From positions 62,001 to 126,000 of the forward strand of contig JBDOQK010000032.1 in NCBI GenBank assembly GCA_040437565.1: DNA of 64,000 nucleotides, in the 5' to 3' direction. Origin of the DNA: Albugo candida. Lineage: Eukaryota. The translations under genes and the position numbers were made by a program. Position 1 is the first letter of the stretch, and each line of letters opens with the position of its first letter. The notes under the pieces were generated by a model. It was not told the DNA's origin and did no database searches. It was given only the letters and a program-made list of their open reading frames with translations. Positions 12,814 through 25,070 of this stretch are shown here, piece after piece.

Positions 12814-14066
12814 ATGTCGAGGCAATCAGAAGTCGCAACAAGACAAGCTGCGTTAGCGGGCGCATTTGCTGGAGGTAGAAGATTATTTACTATTTACGAA
12901 TTATATTGACGTATATGAAAGGAGCCACACGCCTGATTGTTGCGCCTTTCGGTACGCAATTCATCGGTTGGAGAAATGGTTCTAATCATAAATATATACC
13001 TTCTAGATCTAATAAAAATTCGGTTTTAAACAAATGATTATTAGCAAACTTTTCTGACGATGCTAATCCTATCGCAATACCCAGATTCCAAATTCAAGAA
13101 GCGATAAGATCCCCCAGCGGAAAAATCATACTGAATCAAGCTCTACGCAAGACCATTCAAAGCGTGCATGCAGAGGAAGGCATTCGGGCCTTTTGGCGGT
13201 ATACCTCACTACTTGATACCCTCCNNNNNNNNNNNNNNNNNNNNNNNNNNNNNNNNNNNNNNNNNNNNNNNNNNNNNNNNNNNNNNNNNNNNNNNNNNNN
13301 NNNNNNNNNNNNNNNNNNNNNNNNCTGCATAACCATCAACTTATTATACCACAGAGGGAACCTGTCGGCCACTGCGCTATGGATTTCGTATTCTGCAATT
13401 CAGTTTGGCTGCTACCAGAATATGGATCGCTTTTGGAGCACAGAGATTATACATGCTCATCCAACAAGTGTACATGTCGTCAACGGTGCTATCTCGGGAG
13501 TTCTTGCAGCCGTTTTGACATATCCTCTGGATTTGTTTCGCACAATATTTGCAGCTCAAGGCGTTCCACGACGATACCCAACGATTCCAAGTCTGGCTCG
13601 CAGTTTGTATCAGACAAAAGGCGCGAGCGCCTTTTTTCAGGGAATAGGTCCAACCCTTTTTCAAATAGCACCATACATGGGTCTGAGCTTTGGTATCTAT
13701 TCAACTTTGGACAGATTATCGAATTCGAAAGCAAATAAAAGTCGAGTTTTGACAGCCTCCAAATTATTTTCGTATCTTGGAAACGGTGCAGTGTCTGGTA
13801 TGGTATCCAAACTGGCTGTATATCCGATCGATACAATTAAGAAACGGATGCAGATGCAAAGCGTTCAACGCACTCCAATGTATGGGACCATACAGAAATA
13901 TACATCCTCTTGGCATTGCGTGAAGACTATCTTTCATTACGAAGGACTATATGGTTTTTATAAGGGCGTGACTCCCAGCATCGCCAAATCGGTCGTTACA
14001 CAAAGCAGTACATTTGCGTGCTACGAATTGGGGATTCATATGATCAAATTTGTAGAAGCTCGGTAG
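12814..14066 (+). CDS. Mitochondrial carrier (SLC25), most like thiamine pyrophosphate carrier TPC1/SLC25A19; spans a gap
   Basis: Three carrier signatures: PFDLIKIRFQ, YPLDLFRT and YPIDTIKKRMQ. GNLSATALWISYSAIQF resembles TPC1-type carriers. Confidence 0.85.
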
Positions 14067-14277
14067 TATTCAATGTGCAGAAACCGTCAAATGACTTGAA
14101 TCACGGGATTGAGTTTCAATAGCTTTTACATTCACTCGCGCTCGATCTGATTCGGTATCAGAATAGATGAGCTATCAGTAACTAATTGAGTTCGACGTCC
14201 AACGTTGCATCAGCGATTATACTGTACAATATATTGCCTTTTGGTTGTGTTTTATCCTCTGTACGTCTTCCTCTATA

Positions 14278-15421
14278 CTAAAACTCGAATTCAGAATCAT
14301 TTTGCTTTCTGAGTCGTTCGAATCGCGCTGTTAATTCATCAAAGTTGGGAATCTGGTCATCAAACGATGTTGCTTCCTGACCACTTCGCGCCGAATCAAT
14401 TCGAGCTTTCCACATTGTATGTTTGTTGGAGCTACGCAGACTCGATTCGGTCGTATTCTCGTTCGCTTTGGCAACGGGGACAATTGTTTCTTTGTCTGTA
14501 TCAGTTTTTGTTGGCGCCTAGCACAAAACTCTTCAGAACGTGCCTCAAGAACTGATGACAATGACTACTCCAACCGAAGCAAATACGGACGCGAAATCAG
14601 GCCCCGAAACTCCGGTAGCCCTTACACTTGTACCCGTTGGAGCAGGGATAGGAGCCAGCGGATCTACCACATCTGCGGACTCGGATTCCCACCGAACTTT
14701 GTATTGTTTTGCAATTTCTCTGAGGTAATTTATCACTAGATACGCACTGGGCGGCTATGAGCAAAAACGCGATAGAAACAGAATCTTCTGTGCGTGGTAC
14801 CATTTCGCTTACTTCAACCCCAAGTTTGCTTATGACACGTTCGTTGACACATCCTTTCATATTCTGCTCTGCGGCGGTGATGAATTCTTGCCCATATTTC
14901 TTACTCAATTGCTTTTTTACCTGCGCAAAAGTAAGAGGAAGACTGGTGATAGAATCAAAGAAATAGTACTTCGATAAGTTCGGGAATTTCGGTTCGAGAA
15001 GCTGCCCAAAGAATTGTACAAAGCGACTCTTTCAGATCAATAGGACACTTTTTTTGACTTTCAATGAGATTCTATAGAGAGGAACAGTGAGCCCAAATCG
15101 CGTACGTCTTCAGCTTTACCATCCGTTCGGCAACTAGTTCACAAAGAAGCGCCAAAATCTCGTATCCCTCGACCAAAAAATCATCGCGAATGATCCGTTC
15201 GACCTAAACAGAAACTACAATGAACGCTACATCATTACCATAAATTACTAAAACGATCATACGCGAAGACGTGCTTTTTCTTCTTTTCCGTCACGTAGAA
15301 ACTGCGCAATATCTTTCCTTTCAGCTTTAGCAGCATTGGCTTTTTTGTTTTTGACAAGCTCAATGCGATGTACAGCCATTTTCAGTTGCGGTTTGCATTT
15401 GTTTCCATGAAATCCAAACAT
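14278..15421 (-). CDS. IST1: IST1-like ESCRT-III-associated regulator of Vps4, multi-exon
   Basis: KCKPQLKMAVHRI..KNKK, EKARLRVERIIRDD and KKYGQEF..VNERVISKL motifs. C-terminal MIM-like PNFDELTARFERLRK. Confidence 0.92.
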
Positions 15422-15442
15422 GAAAATCTGATGTAATAGAAA

Positions 15443-15517
15443 TTCTATTGGCCGAGTCCAGAGATTCTCGCAATGTGAATGGCTGATAAATATATACGTG
15501 TTTTGGATTGGCTGTAA
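15443..15517. promoter_or_regulatory. CCAAT-box-like motifs in the 124-bp divergent IST1/UCH promoter
   Basis: CTATTGGCCGAG and GGATTGGCTGTAA lie between two head-to-head start codons. Confidence 0.5.
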
Positions 15518-15545
15518 TTCAGCACAAAGGACAGTATCAACGAAA

Positions 15546-16509
15546 ATGACGATAACAAAGAAATGGTTTCCAATCGAGTCAAATCCTTTAGTATTAAACA
15601 AATATTTGGAGAGAATGGGCTTCCCCACAGCTGCATATCAATTCCAGGATGTCTTATCAACTGAAGAATGGGCGTTGGAAATGGTCCCTCAGCCCGTTGC
15701 CGCCGTTATCTTTTTATTTCCCATCAAAGAACAGGTCCGCGATTTTTCCATTTTGATACCGAGTGCTTAGGTTCGCTTTTTTCAGACCGAAGCTTATGCC
15801 AAAGAAGAAGCACAAAACCAGAAAAGCTCGGGATACAAGAAACCCGAAAATGTGTTCTACATGAAGCAAACAATTGGAAATGCCTGTGGAACCATCGCCA
15901 TGCTTCACGCAGTCGGAAATATCCGGCACGCAACCGCCTTCCGTAAGTTCGTTTTTACTGTACACCATTTTTAAACTTCGTTTTTGTATAGCACCAAACA
16001 GCTTTCTGCAAAAGTTTTTCAAACAATGCGATGGCAAAAATCCGCAGGAAGTCGGAGCGCTTTTGGAACAAAGTGAAGAGGTGACACTCGCTTTCTTGAG
16101 AGTACAAACGAATGCTGAAGGAGCTTTACGTAGCTGGAGACTGTGCACGAAAGCGTAGCACGAAAAGGCCAATCGGAGGTATACTGCAAGAAGTCTGATG
16201 AAAACTTCTAAACGCCTTTTCTTCAGCAATTGGAAACCGTGAATGATCCCATTAATACGCATTTCATCTGTTTCAGGTCGGAACGCAAATCTGCTGTCTG
16301 AGTGTGAAAATCTGACAGTTTTTAGCTGCATTGAGAATCGACTGTATGAACTCGACGGACGAAAAGACGATTCAATTGACCACGGTGACTCCTCTCCGTC
16401 CACGCTTCTTCAGGATGCGTGCAAAGTGATCAAACAGTTTATCGCTCGTGACCCTGATGAAGTTCGATTCACGATTTTGGCTCTAGCCCACACAGTAGCT
16501 GATGAATAA
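15546..16509 (+). CDS. Ubiquitin C-terminal hydrolase (peptidase C12, UCHL1/3-like), multi-exon
   Basis: WFPIESNP, catalytic Cys in MKQTIGNACGTIAMLHA, His in NTHFICF, Asp in LYELDGRK, and C-terminal RFTILAL. Confidence 0.95.
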
Positions 16510-16534
16510 TGCGACAGAATCTTTGATTTGGCAT

Positions 16535-18754
16535 TCATTTGCGTCTCAATTTGCTTTTCTGCAAACTTTCGGCCGCTTTTCGTCTATTGTATGGCGTATC
16601 CCACGGAATTTTATTAACAACTTCGGGTAACAAAATTTCGGTTTCTTTCATAGTTTTCGGATCCATTTTGGGCTTCACATAACATATGGAAGCACTTTGC
16701 GACAGCAACAGCCCCTTATGATACTTGACAATCTCAAGAAATAAAAGCTCACCTAATGGAACAGTCAATTGGAGCGGCTGTGTAAGCTGTGGGACCACCT
16801 CTTTCAACTGATTCATCAACGCGGATGAGAACTTGAGTCCGTCTTCCAATACAAACTCTGCCTCAGGGACGGATTCGCATTTCATTGGATGGTCGAGCGC
16901 GCGACGATTCATGTCCAAATCGTATTCATTGACCTGACAGATGACGTGATTTGTATCGAGTGCCTTGCGCATGATCAATCGCTGCATCCAAGCTTTGGCC
17001 AATTGTATCTTCTCGGCACCACTTTCTTCACCAATCGATAGGACGGACAGTGAACTCGGCAAACAGTCGCTCTTTGAATCTTTTTGAGCTGCAGTGGGTC
17101 GTTTACATTCCGTCTTTTTCGACAAAGCGATGATTGCTGCACGAAGAAGAGATACGGGCGATACGATTCCCTTTTCAGAAAATGATTCATTTGTAGAATC
17201 CTTTTGTGAAGCCAATGGAGTGCTTATCATGCAAAAGGAGCCGCTCGTCGTCCTTTTCGCCTCATAAACGCATTCTTCTTTCTGCACTGTATCATCCAAA
17301 ATTCTTTTGATAGTTTCATTTGCGCTTTCGGCTTCATTTTGAGTCAAGTTTTGGAATTGATGGATACAGCGCAGAAAATATTCCAACACTCGATCTTTTG
17401 TCCATTCTGTTGCAACACCTTCCAATTCCCACACGCAATCTAATGATATTGTCTGACTTGAGGCATTTTGTCGTTTGGGCTTTGCAGGCGAAGGCAGCGC
17501 ATGGAGCTCTACAACGGCTTTCTGAGGCTTTTCCTTCTCATCATCAACGGAAGACTGCATGTCGATAGTACTGGAACGCATTTTGTGATGCCGTTGAAAA
17601 CGCTCAGAATTCTTACCCAATATCGGCTTTTTATTCACTGGAGTCTCCTTTGCAGTCTCGAGGATCTTCTCATCGTTTTTGGATGTCTCTTCCACTCGTA
17701 TCAAACTCACTTTCCGTCGAGACGAAGTCGCTGTGTTCTGACTTGCATCTGTATCCCCAATTCTCATTGTGTCAATACAAATCATTTCCTGCATCGACTT
17801 TGTTTCCATTTCGCTTTGCAAGCATTCGAAATCTCGTTTTTGTGTCTCCATTTGTGTCAAAATGTTTTGCATCGCACTTTCATGTTTTCGCCTTAGCTCC
17901 GCATTTATCGATTCCAATTCCAAAACTTTGCGTCGCAGTTGCTGAATGCATTCATTGGCCTCTTCCAAATCGCGTTGATGTCGAGCAGCTTTTATCTTCC
18001 ATTCATGCACTTCCCAGTTCTTCTCTCGCGAATCATTCGCTTCCGGCCACATGAGAGCTTCCGTTTGCCTGTGTACCTGAGCGACATTGACATTCATGTG
18101 AAAGCTTTTATCCACATGCTTTAGCAAATATGCTCTCTCATTATGGAGGCCTTCCAAAACAGCCTTAAGCTCGTGAACGTGACGCTCATGAACGATTTCT
18201 TGAGCATTGCAGCCGCGTATCGTTTCTATGAGCTTGGCATTCCGAGTCTCGAGCAAATGTAAAGCCGCGTGTGTGGAGAGTAGCATCTGCTTCGCTGTCG
18301 ATATTTTATCGGCAGCATCGTGAACGACTTGATCGATGGATTCAATGGTGCTTTGAATCGAGGCTGGCTCGTTGATATGCTCGACGTCTCGATCGTCTGA
18401 AGCTGGCGGTGCTGAGAGCATATTGCGTTCGATGCGATCGCATGTTTGAGTGAGCCCTCGATGCGTTGCGAGAAGTAGATCACCGACTTTCCATCGATTC
18501 GGAGATGCGACAAAATCATTTTCAAACACATCAGTTTCTATTCCGTTATCTGACAACTCAAATTGACGAACGAGTTCGTCAACGCGAGCTTGAATGACTT
18601 TAGCTTTTGATGAAATGCTTTCAGGGTCTTCTATGGTCGTCATTTCTTGAATGGGTACATCATGAGGCTTTGAGATATCACGTTGAATCGCTTTTTTCTC
18701 AGATCGACGATGCTCAAGACGCTTCACAGTTGTCTGCGGGCTGAGTTGCTCCAT
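16535..18754 (-). CDS. Hypothetical coiled-coil protein (~740 aa)
   Basis: Long uninterrupted ORF with E/K/Q-rich heptad segments and no family I recognise. First ATG is at 18754. Confidence 0.75.
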   Translation of the reverse strand: MEQLSPQTTVKRLEHRRSEKKAIQRDISKPHDVPIQEMTTIEDPESISSKAKVIQARVDELVRQFELSDNGIETDVFENDFVASPNRWKVGDLLLATHRGLTQTCDRIERNMLSAPPASDDRDVEHINEPASIQSTIESIDQVVHDAADKISTAKQMLLSTHAALHLLETRNAKLIETIRGCNAQEIVHERHVHELKAVLEGLHNERAYLLKHVDKSFHMNVNVAQVHRQTEALMWPEANDSREKNWEVHEWKIKAARHQRDLEEANECIQQLRRKVLELESINAELRRKHESAMQNILTQMETQKRDFECLQSEMETKSMQEMICIDTMRIGDTDASQNTATSSRRKVSLIRVEETSKNDEKILETAKETPVNKKPILGKNSERFQRHHKMRSSTIDMQSSVDDEKEKPQKAVVELHALPSPAKPKRQNASSQTISLDCVWELEGVATEWTKDRVLEYFLRCIHQFQNLTQNEAESANETIKRILDDTVQKEECVYEAKRTTSGSFCMISTPLASQKDSTNESFSEKGIVSPVSLLRAAIIALSKKTECKRPTAAQKDSKSDCLPSSLSVLSIGEESGAEKIQLAKAWMQRLIMRKALDTNHVICQVNEYDLDMNRRALDHPMKCESVPEAEFVLEDGLKFSSALMNQLKEVVPQLTQPLQLTVPLGELLFLEIVKYHKGLLLSQSASICYVKPKMDPKTMKETEILLPEVVNKIPWDTPYNRRKAAESLQKSKLRRK

Positions 18755-18886
18755 TTCAAACGAATCGATTCGAGTCTCAATCACACGTAAAAGGAGCAGC
18801 GGAGTGGCTAATTTTATCTTATCTGATCAACGAACCGACAAATGGACTAAATTGCTGGTGTACGCTTCAGACTGTATGCTAAAGCC

Positions 18887-21744
18887 TCAGGAATTGTCGA
18901 CAAGGTTGAGTAATGCGCGTTCGACATCTTCAAATCGTTCGGAACTCGCTCGACCGCGTCTAAAGTATCCTTGAATTTTTTGTTTTTCTTTCTCACTTAA
19001 GCCTTCAAGACACGCCTTCAAATGCGCAGGAGTCAAATCTTTTCGTGTAATGATACCACACACTTCATTTCGACGATTTAATACGACCTAAAGGACAAAT
19101 CGTTGGCAAAAAAAGAAATGTAGAGGGATAAACGAACCAAATGACGAAGTCCAAGCGATCGGTATAAGCGAAAAGCGCGTGGCACTGGAGTCTACAATCC
19201 ACACATTATACTTTCAATCATTGTCTAAAATGTAAATCGCACCTGTTCTTGTACTGTGTGTGGGGTCGGATTCAAATACGGTGTCAAATCCATCCATAAA
19301 TCTTGTTCGTCTCGATCCAGTTTGATCTCTTCAATCGTCGGATATCGCGGGTAAGAGCTCTCAATGTCCCGATACGAGAGCGCATACTGATCATTGTACA
19401 ATAATGTCGTCTCGCCTGCGGGTTTTCGAGTGAATGGAGCTGGTTTCTCGACGAAAAAATCTTTACGTTGCAAGAGAACGCATAAATGACGTCGATAAAT
19501 AATCCCTGCAAATCGTGGCGCCTTTGCTTTTTTTTTCAATTCATTTTCATTTTTTTCATGATCGATTAAAACCACAGGAAAGCCTCCATGCTGACACTGC
19601 TTCAAAATCGCGTAAATCTCTCCGACTTTGGCGATATGAGGCACACAAACTGCAGGTTTGCTCATGATATTCTCCGCACGAAGAAATCGACTGTAATACG
19701 GCGGATCATATTCCAAAAATGGTAATTTTTTCAAATGGAGATGAATGTCATATAAACCTTCATTAAAGGTATTTCCCACCCACCTCGCTGCCATAAGACA
19801 CAACATGATGGGTAGACCCCATTCAATGACGCCAGTACATTCCAAAATGATTACAGTAAGAGAAATCGTCATTCGAGCCATCCCACCGAGCATTGAAGCC
19901 GCACCGATGAGAGCAAACATCCCATCAGGAGCTACTACCGGTACAGCTAACCAATGCAAGAACATGACACAAAGTCGACCAAATGCTGCACCAGCAAGTA
20001 AACTCGGCACAAAGAGTCCCGAGGGAACTGCGACTCCGTACGTCCAACACGCAAATGTATAAAATCCACCAAAGAAAATGAGTAAAGAACGCGATGAAAA
20101 ACTCGATGCGGTCGTAAAATGTAATAATTGTTTGATAGACGTCGAGTACGAAATTGTGAATAGCGATGCTAAATCGTTAAATTCGCCTTCAGGACAATAC
20201 ATTTGTACTAATTCTGAAGCATATGGACCATCAACAGGTCGACAAATACCAAAAAAATAAGGCAACCAGAAGGACACAATACTCATACAAAACGCAAGTA
20301 AAAGCGCTTCAGACAATCGAATCCATCGGTTTGTGATCATTCGAATACGAAATTTAGTAAGAAGTGTATTTGCGTGATTGAATGCAGCTCCAAAGACACC
20401 ACCGAGCATACCCATTCCAATAAAATACACTAAATCTAACACATCGTACGCTTTGGATTCATTAAAAGGCCCAAATGAAAATGTTCCTGTTTGTGTTCCG
20501 AGCACACCGATGAAAACGCGAGTATCTAATTCTTTGGACACTTCCTCACTGGCAGGATCCACAAAAGAGAGAAATAAATTGAATACAAATGCAGACACCA
20601 TCGCACAAAAAAACGTTCTCCATGTGAGATTTTGATGCCAAAAAGAAGCACCCTCTTCTAACGCAAATAAAACACCACCGATTGGAGCTCCAAATGCTGC
20701 AGCGACTCCGGCTGCTGCACCACACGATATGAAATCTCGTTTTTCTTTATCATTTCGAAAACCTTTAAATTTCGTCCAGCTTGTATCAATCCCAAAACTC
20801 GATGATTTGCCTTGACTGAGTCCCGCTCCAATCACAGCGCCAGAGTGAATCATTGGTCCCTCTTTGCCACCAGGAAGTCCGCCGGCTACTGAGAAAAGTA
20901 TACCAAACGCTTTGCAAAATAGTGTTTTGAACCGCACAACGCGATGAATTTTAATTCCATTTAAAGTCGCTTTGATTTCAGAAATTCCAGATCCAATCGC
21001 AACAGGACACAGAATTGCGACACAATAGGATGCGATGAACACAAAAGTTACACTGCACAGTGAGTATAAGAAAAAAGAAACACCAAAATGAACAGAATGA
21101 GTAGCTTCTCGTTTAATGTATGATTCCATAAGATTGGTACGAAACGAGGAGAGATATTTGGTTGCGATTTCAACGAAACAAGCCAAGAAAGCGGTCACTA
21201 ATCCGATACTGAATGTCATTAACCACCGACCCAAATTTAATGAACGAATCATTTCTTCAGTTTGTTCGTGATCATGTTGCAAGTTGACGCGACTTTCATA
21301 AAAATCGTAGTCGAAAGATTCCAAATGTTGCGCTTTTTTCAGTTTTTTTTCATCATCAGATTCGATGGGTGTATGATGGGACGGTGGGGTGTACAGCCAA
21401 TCGGATAACGCGTTGCCGGTACCGTGACGTGTACGCAAATATTGTTCCAATTCAAAACGCGAGGAAAAACGAGTACCAGTGAATAATTCGTTTGGAAAAG
21501 AATGAGAACGAGTAAAATTTCTAAACAGAGGGAAGGATGCGAGATTCTGTAACAGTGTAGACTCATTAGAGTTTATTTGAGTATGTGCGGTCGTGGAAGC
21601 TGAGGAGTTTGATAGTGGTGCATAAGAATAGGGAACCATAACGACATCACGTGCACCATCTGAATCGACGGAAGTATTCAAGTTAGTCGGCACAGTGGAA
21701 GATGCGTGTGGTAACAACGGGCTTGACTCATTGGGATCCTTCAT
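18887..21744 (-). CDS. CLC-6/7-type chloride/proton exchanger with C-terminal CBS domains
   Basis: GSGISE, GKEGPM, AAAFGAPIGGVLFALEEG, SGLFVP and GLYD motifs. The CBS tail is completed by two small exons (RSLGLRHL; GIITRKDL) ending at TGA 18887-18889. Confidence 0.95.
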
Positions 21745-22522
21745 TGGAGTAATTTAACAAGGGAGTAGAAATTGATTGAGTAACAGTAAATAACGCAGGG
21801 AATGGACTCAAAGTATCGAAATAACAAGGACAGAGAGTCCATCCACATATTTTTTTCGAATGTTGCGCAAAGTATCGTACCGATTGAAATACGGTTTCAG
21901 TAAACTGTAAGAAGCAATTATCAATTCGACTTGATACAAATGCCTAGGCGTTTTTGTGCAATATATTTTATACACCCTGATACATGATATTACTACAATA
22001 GCGCCCCATGGTTTTGCAAACATCTCACACGCATCAACGTGAACTCTTAATGTATTAAATTGCGGCGTACCCTTACTCCACCGCTTTTCATGCCGCAATT
22101 ACACGGTTTAGGGTACAAAAACTCCGACACATAAAGTTTGAGAATTCGATTATGTAATGCTTTATCAAAGAAATAACCGATTATTCTTGGCATAAACGCT
22201 TACAGGTTTTTTCCCCACTGACGCCAGCGTTGGATAAAAAGCCGCAATTTTTTTTGCCAAAATCGACCGGATGTGGTTACAGTATGGTCAACTACCGTAC
22301 GCATGACGGGCTCCATCCAATGCAGAATTGATCACTTATTGTTATTATCTGATAGCACATACAAAATCGTTTCACTCATTTCGAATATCGATCGTCTCTG
22401 CTTATCACTTGCTGCTGAACACTCAAAAAAAAGACGATCACGTAACTGACGCAATACGTGCCGACTTGTAAAATAACATAAATAATTACAGCATTCAGAT
22501 ACGTTCGAGCGTACTATCGAGA

Positions 22523-23362
22523 ATGTTACTAGAACGCCTCACGAGGAATTCAAATGGTCTCAAAAAAGCATCCAAACAAATTATAAAGTCATCTTCTTCG
22601 GAAACGATATGTTGGGACCTTAAGCACAATCGCAAAAGCAGTGATTTCGACAATCATCAGCTGAAAATGACTATTTCAGACTCAATTTCTTTGACATTGG
22701 AACAGACGGATACATCGGTCGGTAGCGACGACGAAGAAGAATTGGAACAGGATAATCAAAAACCTCACAGCGAGCCGAACGAAACATTTGTGTATGAGTA
22801 TCCACTAGGTCGATGGAGAAGAGAACATTCAGGTTCCGCACGGCCATGTCTGAAAGTGGCTTCTAATTGGGCATCAAGCACATCCCCTATCTCGATTCGG
22901 CGAGGAGTACGTTATCCTCACGAAACATATCGCAAAGATGTTCGATATACACATGAGGATTCACAAATTGCGATTAAAGCTCACAATGCCGATACGACAT
23001 CACCTTGGTCTCTTAAAGCGCGTATCGTGAGTCCTCGTTCTAATCTGATAGCATGGGCACGGGGGCAACCGGCAGAAGTGCGATGGCAAGTGCTCGATCA
23101 CTCTATTCGTACAGTTCAGATTGATGTGTGTAATCTTGGATGGACTGTGCCCACAACAATCACATTCAATGCGCCGAACACTGGTTCATTTGTATGGCGC
23201 AAAGTAGCATGGGGAATGCCGAGCTCACGACAATATTACATCAATATATACAGTATCGAATACGGCAGATACAAAGACTCACAAGATATCAATATTGAAG
23301 GGTATCGCCACCTTGTGCTTATTGGGCAGAGCGAAGAGTTTACCGTCATGAACGCTGGCTAA
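22523..23362 (+). CDS. Hypothetical protein with disordered N-terminus and Trp-rich, probably beta-sandwich C-terminal domain
   Basis: Intronless 279-aa ORF. C-terminal W.RG....V.W...NTGSFVW...Y.I.I...S.EF.V pattern resembles Kre9/Knh1-N-like domains. Confidence 0.7.
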   Translation: MLLERLTRNSNGLKKASKQIIKSSSSETICWDLKHNRKSSDFDNHQLKMTISDSISLTLEQTDTSVGSDDEEELEQDNQKPHSEPNETFVYEYPLGRWRREHSGSARPCLKVASNWASSTSPISIRRGVRYPHETYRKDVRYTHEDSQIAIKAHNADTTSPWSLKARIVSPRSNLIAWARGQPAEVRWQVLDHSIRTVQIDVCNLGWTVPTTITFNAPNTGSFVWRKVAWGMPSSRQYYINIYSIEYGRYKDSQDINIEGYRHLVLIGQSEEFTVMNAG

Positions 23363-24663
23363 AGACGGAATTTTTAACTGTTATAAGCTTGCAGCAGGGT
23401 CTACGGGAAGCAGCGAATTTTTTTAGATTAGGATGGTATGTTAAGGTTTAAATGCAAGTGCACGACACCGGATTGGCAAAATGTAACGGAACATCTTGGA
23501 AGACGACTGAACAAGGGATGTTTACGCAACAACCCAGCACAGATTTCACACCGCTTCTATAGCGTTCGGCGATTTCTCACTTGGTCGTCGGAAAGTGTTG
23601 GAAGATTTCGTCAAGTCAGATCAACATTTTTAGCTTGGAGGTACAAATTTAAAGAGATTTGATTACGTAATTGAACAAATAGCAAATGCTTGTAGATGGA
23701 GCGTCTGTGACACTTTAAATTGACTGATCTCACATAAATAAGGTTGTACAATGAATGCAGAAAGTCGTTGCTGACGACGATACTGCAGCTCGCACGCCTG
23801 TTATCGATCGATCCCACTGAACGTCTAATCGATAAATCCCAGTTTAGACGTTGACCACTCACATAACTTATGACTCACATGAGCTAAGTATAACCTGATA
23901 CGGAGTGATCACAAGTACGAAGAACTTTTTCCTTCGATATTCCATTTGCCGCTGCATCATTTCTGTCCAAGGGATCACGAGCGATGTTGGCGAACTTATT
24001 TCGCCTTTTAGCTGGATATGAATTAGTGATTCTCGTGAACTTGTGCACCTTCATCGCATTCGGCCAAGCGTGGCACCATCGGATACTTATCTGCCAGCCA
24101 AAAGGATACGTTCTGACTATGCATCTTACATGTAGCTACATCTCTGGAGCAATTCTCTAGCTTTTCTGACACAGCGAACATTCTGTCATGCCAGTACACA
24201 GTTTCAAACAATCAATCTCTGTCCTGATGACGGTAGAGTCTAAAGACAAAGACTTGCATTTGGGAATGAGGTCGAAATGGACTTGAAGTAACTCCTCACT
24301 CCTAATTTTGAAGTAAAAGTGAAATGTGCGTATGACCACACCAAATGAAAAATCACGAACGACATAAGTGAGATGCCAACTATTATCATCCACTTATCAA
24401 TGTTACAAAATTTTAATCATGGGAGTCAGGGTCATAGAAGCAGATGTGAAGAAAGTATTACAGCGATATGTAATATTTTATTACCGTTCGTACGGGTTTG
24501 TCGCATTGCCTTTGATGCGTACCCATCGTAAAAACCGGATAACCGGACTTGGCCCGTTTCTTTCTAGCTCGCGTAGGAAACTCAGTGTGAGTACAAGTGC
24601 TCATCCCAGTAATTAAGCTTCAGTTCTATTCACGTAGAAAGTGATTCGAAAGTAAGAATCGCA

Positions 24664-25070
24664 ATGTCAAGCATTGTACGTCAATATGCCATGGTGGATC
24701 AGTGTAACATCCTTTGGGCGCGCTTAAAGCGATCAGTGAGTGGAGCACACGGTGACCCTCCGCCGACAGGATTTAAAGCAAAGGTCAAGCGAATCTCCCA
24801 GAAGACGATCAGGTTCATTCGTTACAGGGGATTGTGCCCGCGACGTCAGAATTTTAAAGTGACGCTATTTGGTCAGTCCAAATCGAAACCAACCACGAAG
24901 GTTAAAGAACCGTTCACAGTAAGCATACTACCGTATCCTTATTTGGATCACGTCATGTACGTCGTATTCATGTAGCTGCTTCCGTCCTTTGGTCGCTAAA
25001 GTGGTTCCTGGAAATCATGAGCACAAACAAAGGGACATAATAACGTGTTGATGATCGAGAAGAAGATTTG
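24664..25070 (+). pseudogene. Probable decayed copy of a small mitochondrion-targeted protein gene
   Basis: Presequence-like MSSIVRQYAM...RSVSGAHGDPPPTGFKAKV continues as (A)NLPEDDQV only after a frameshift. An intron-like GTAAGC...TGTAG is retained at ~24919-24975. Confidence 0.4.

Noticed and set aside
23400-24600. Possible transposon or effector remnants (TGTT.. starts, CAGATCAACA shared with the LTR end, FWLADKYP peptide)
   Set aside because: The matches are too short, and I could not establish termini or a domain by eye.
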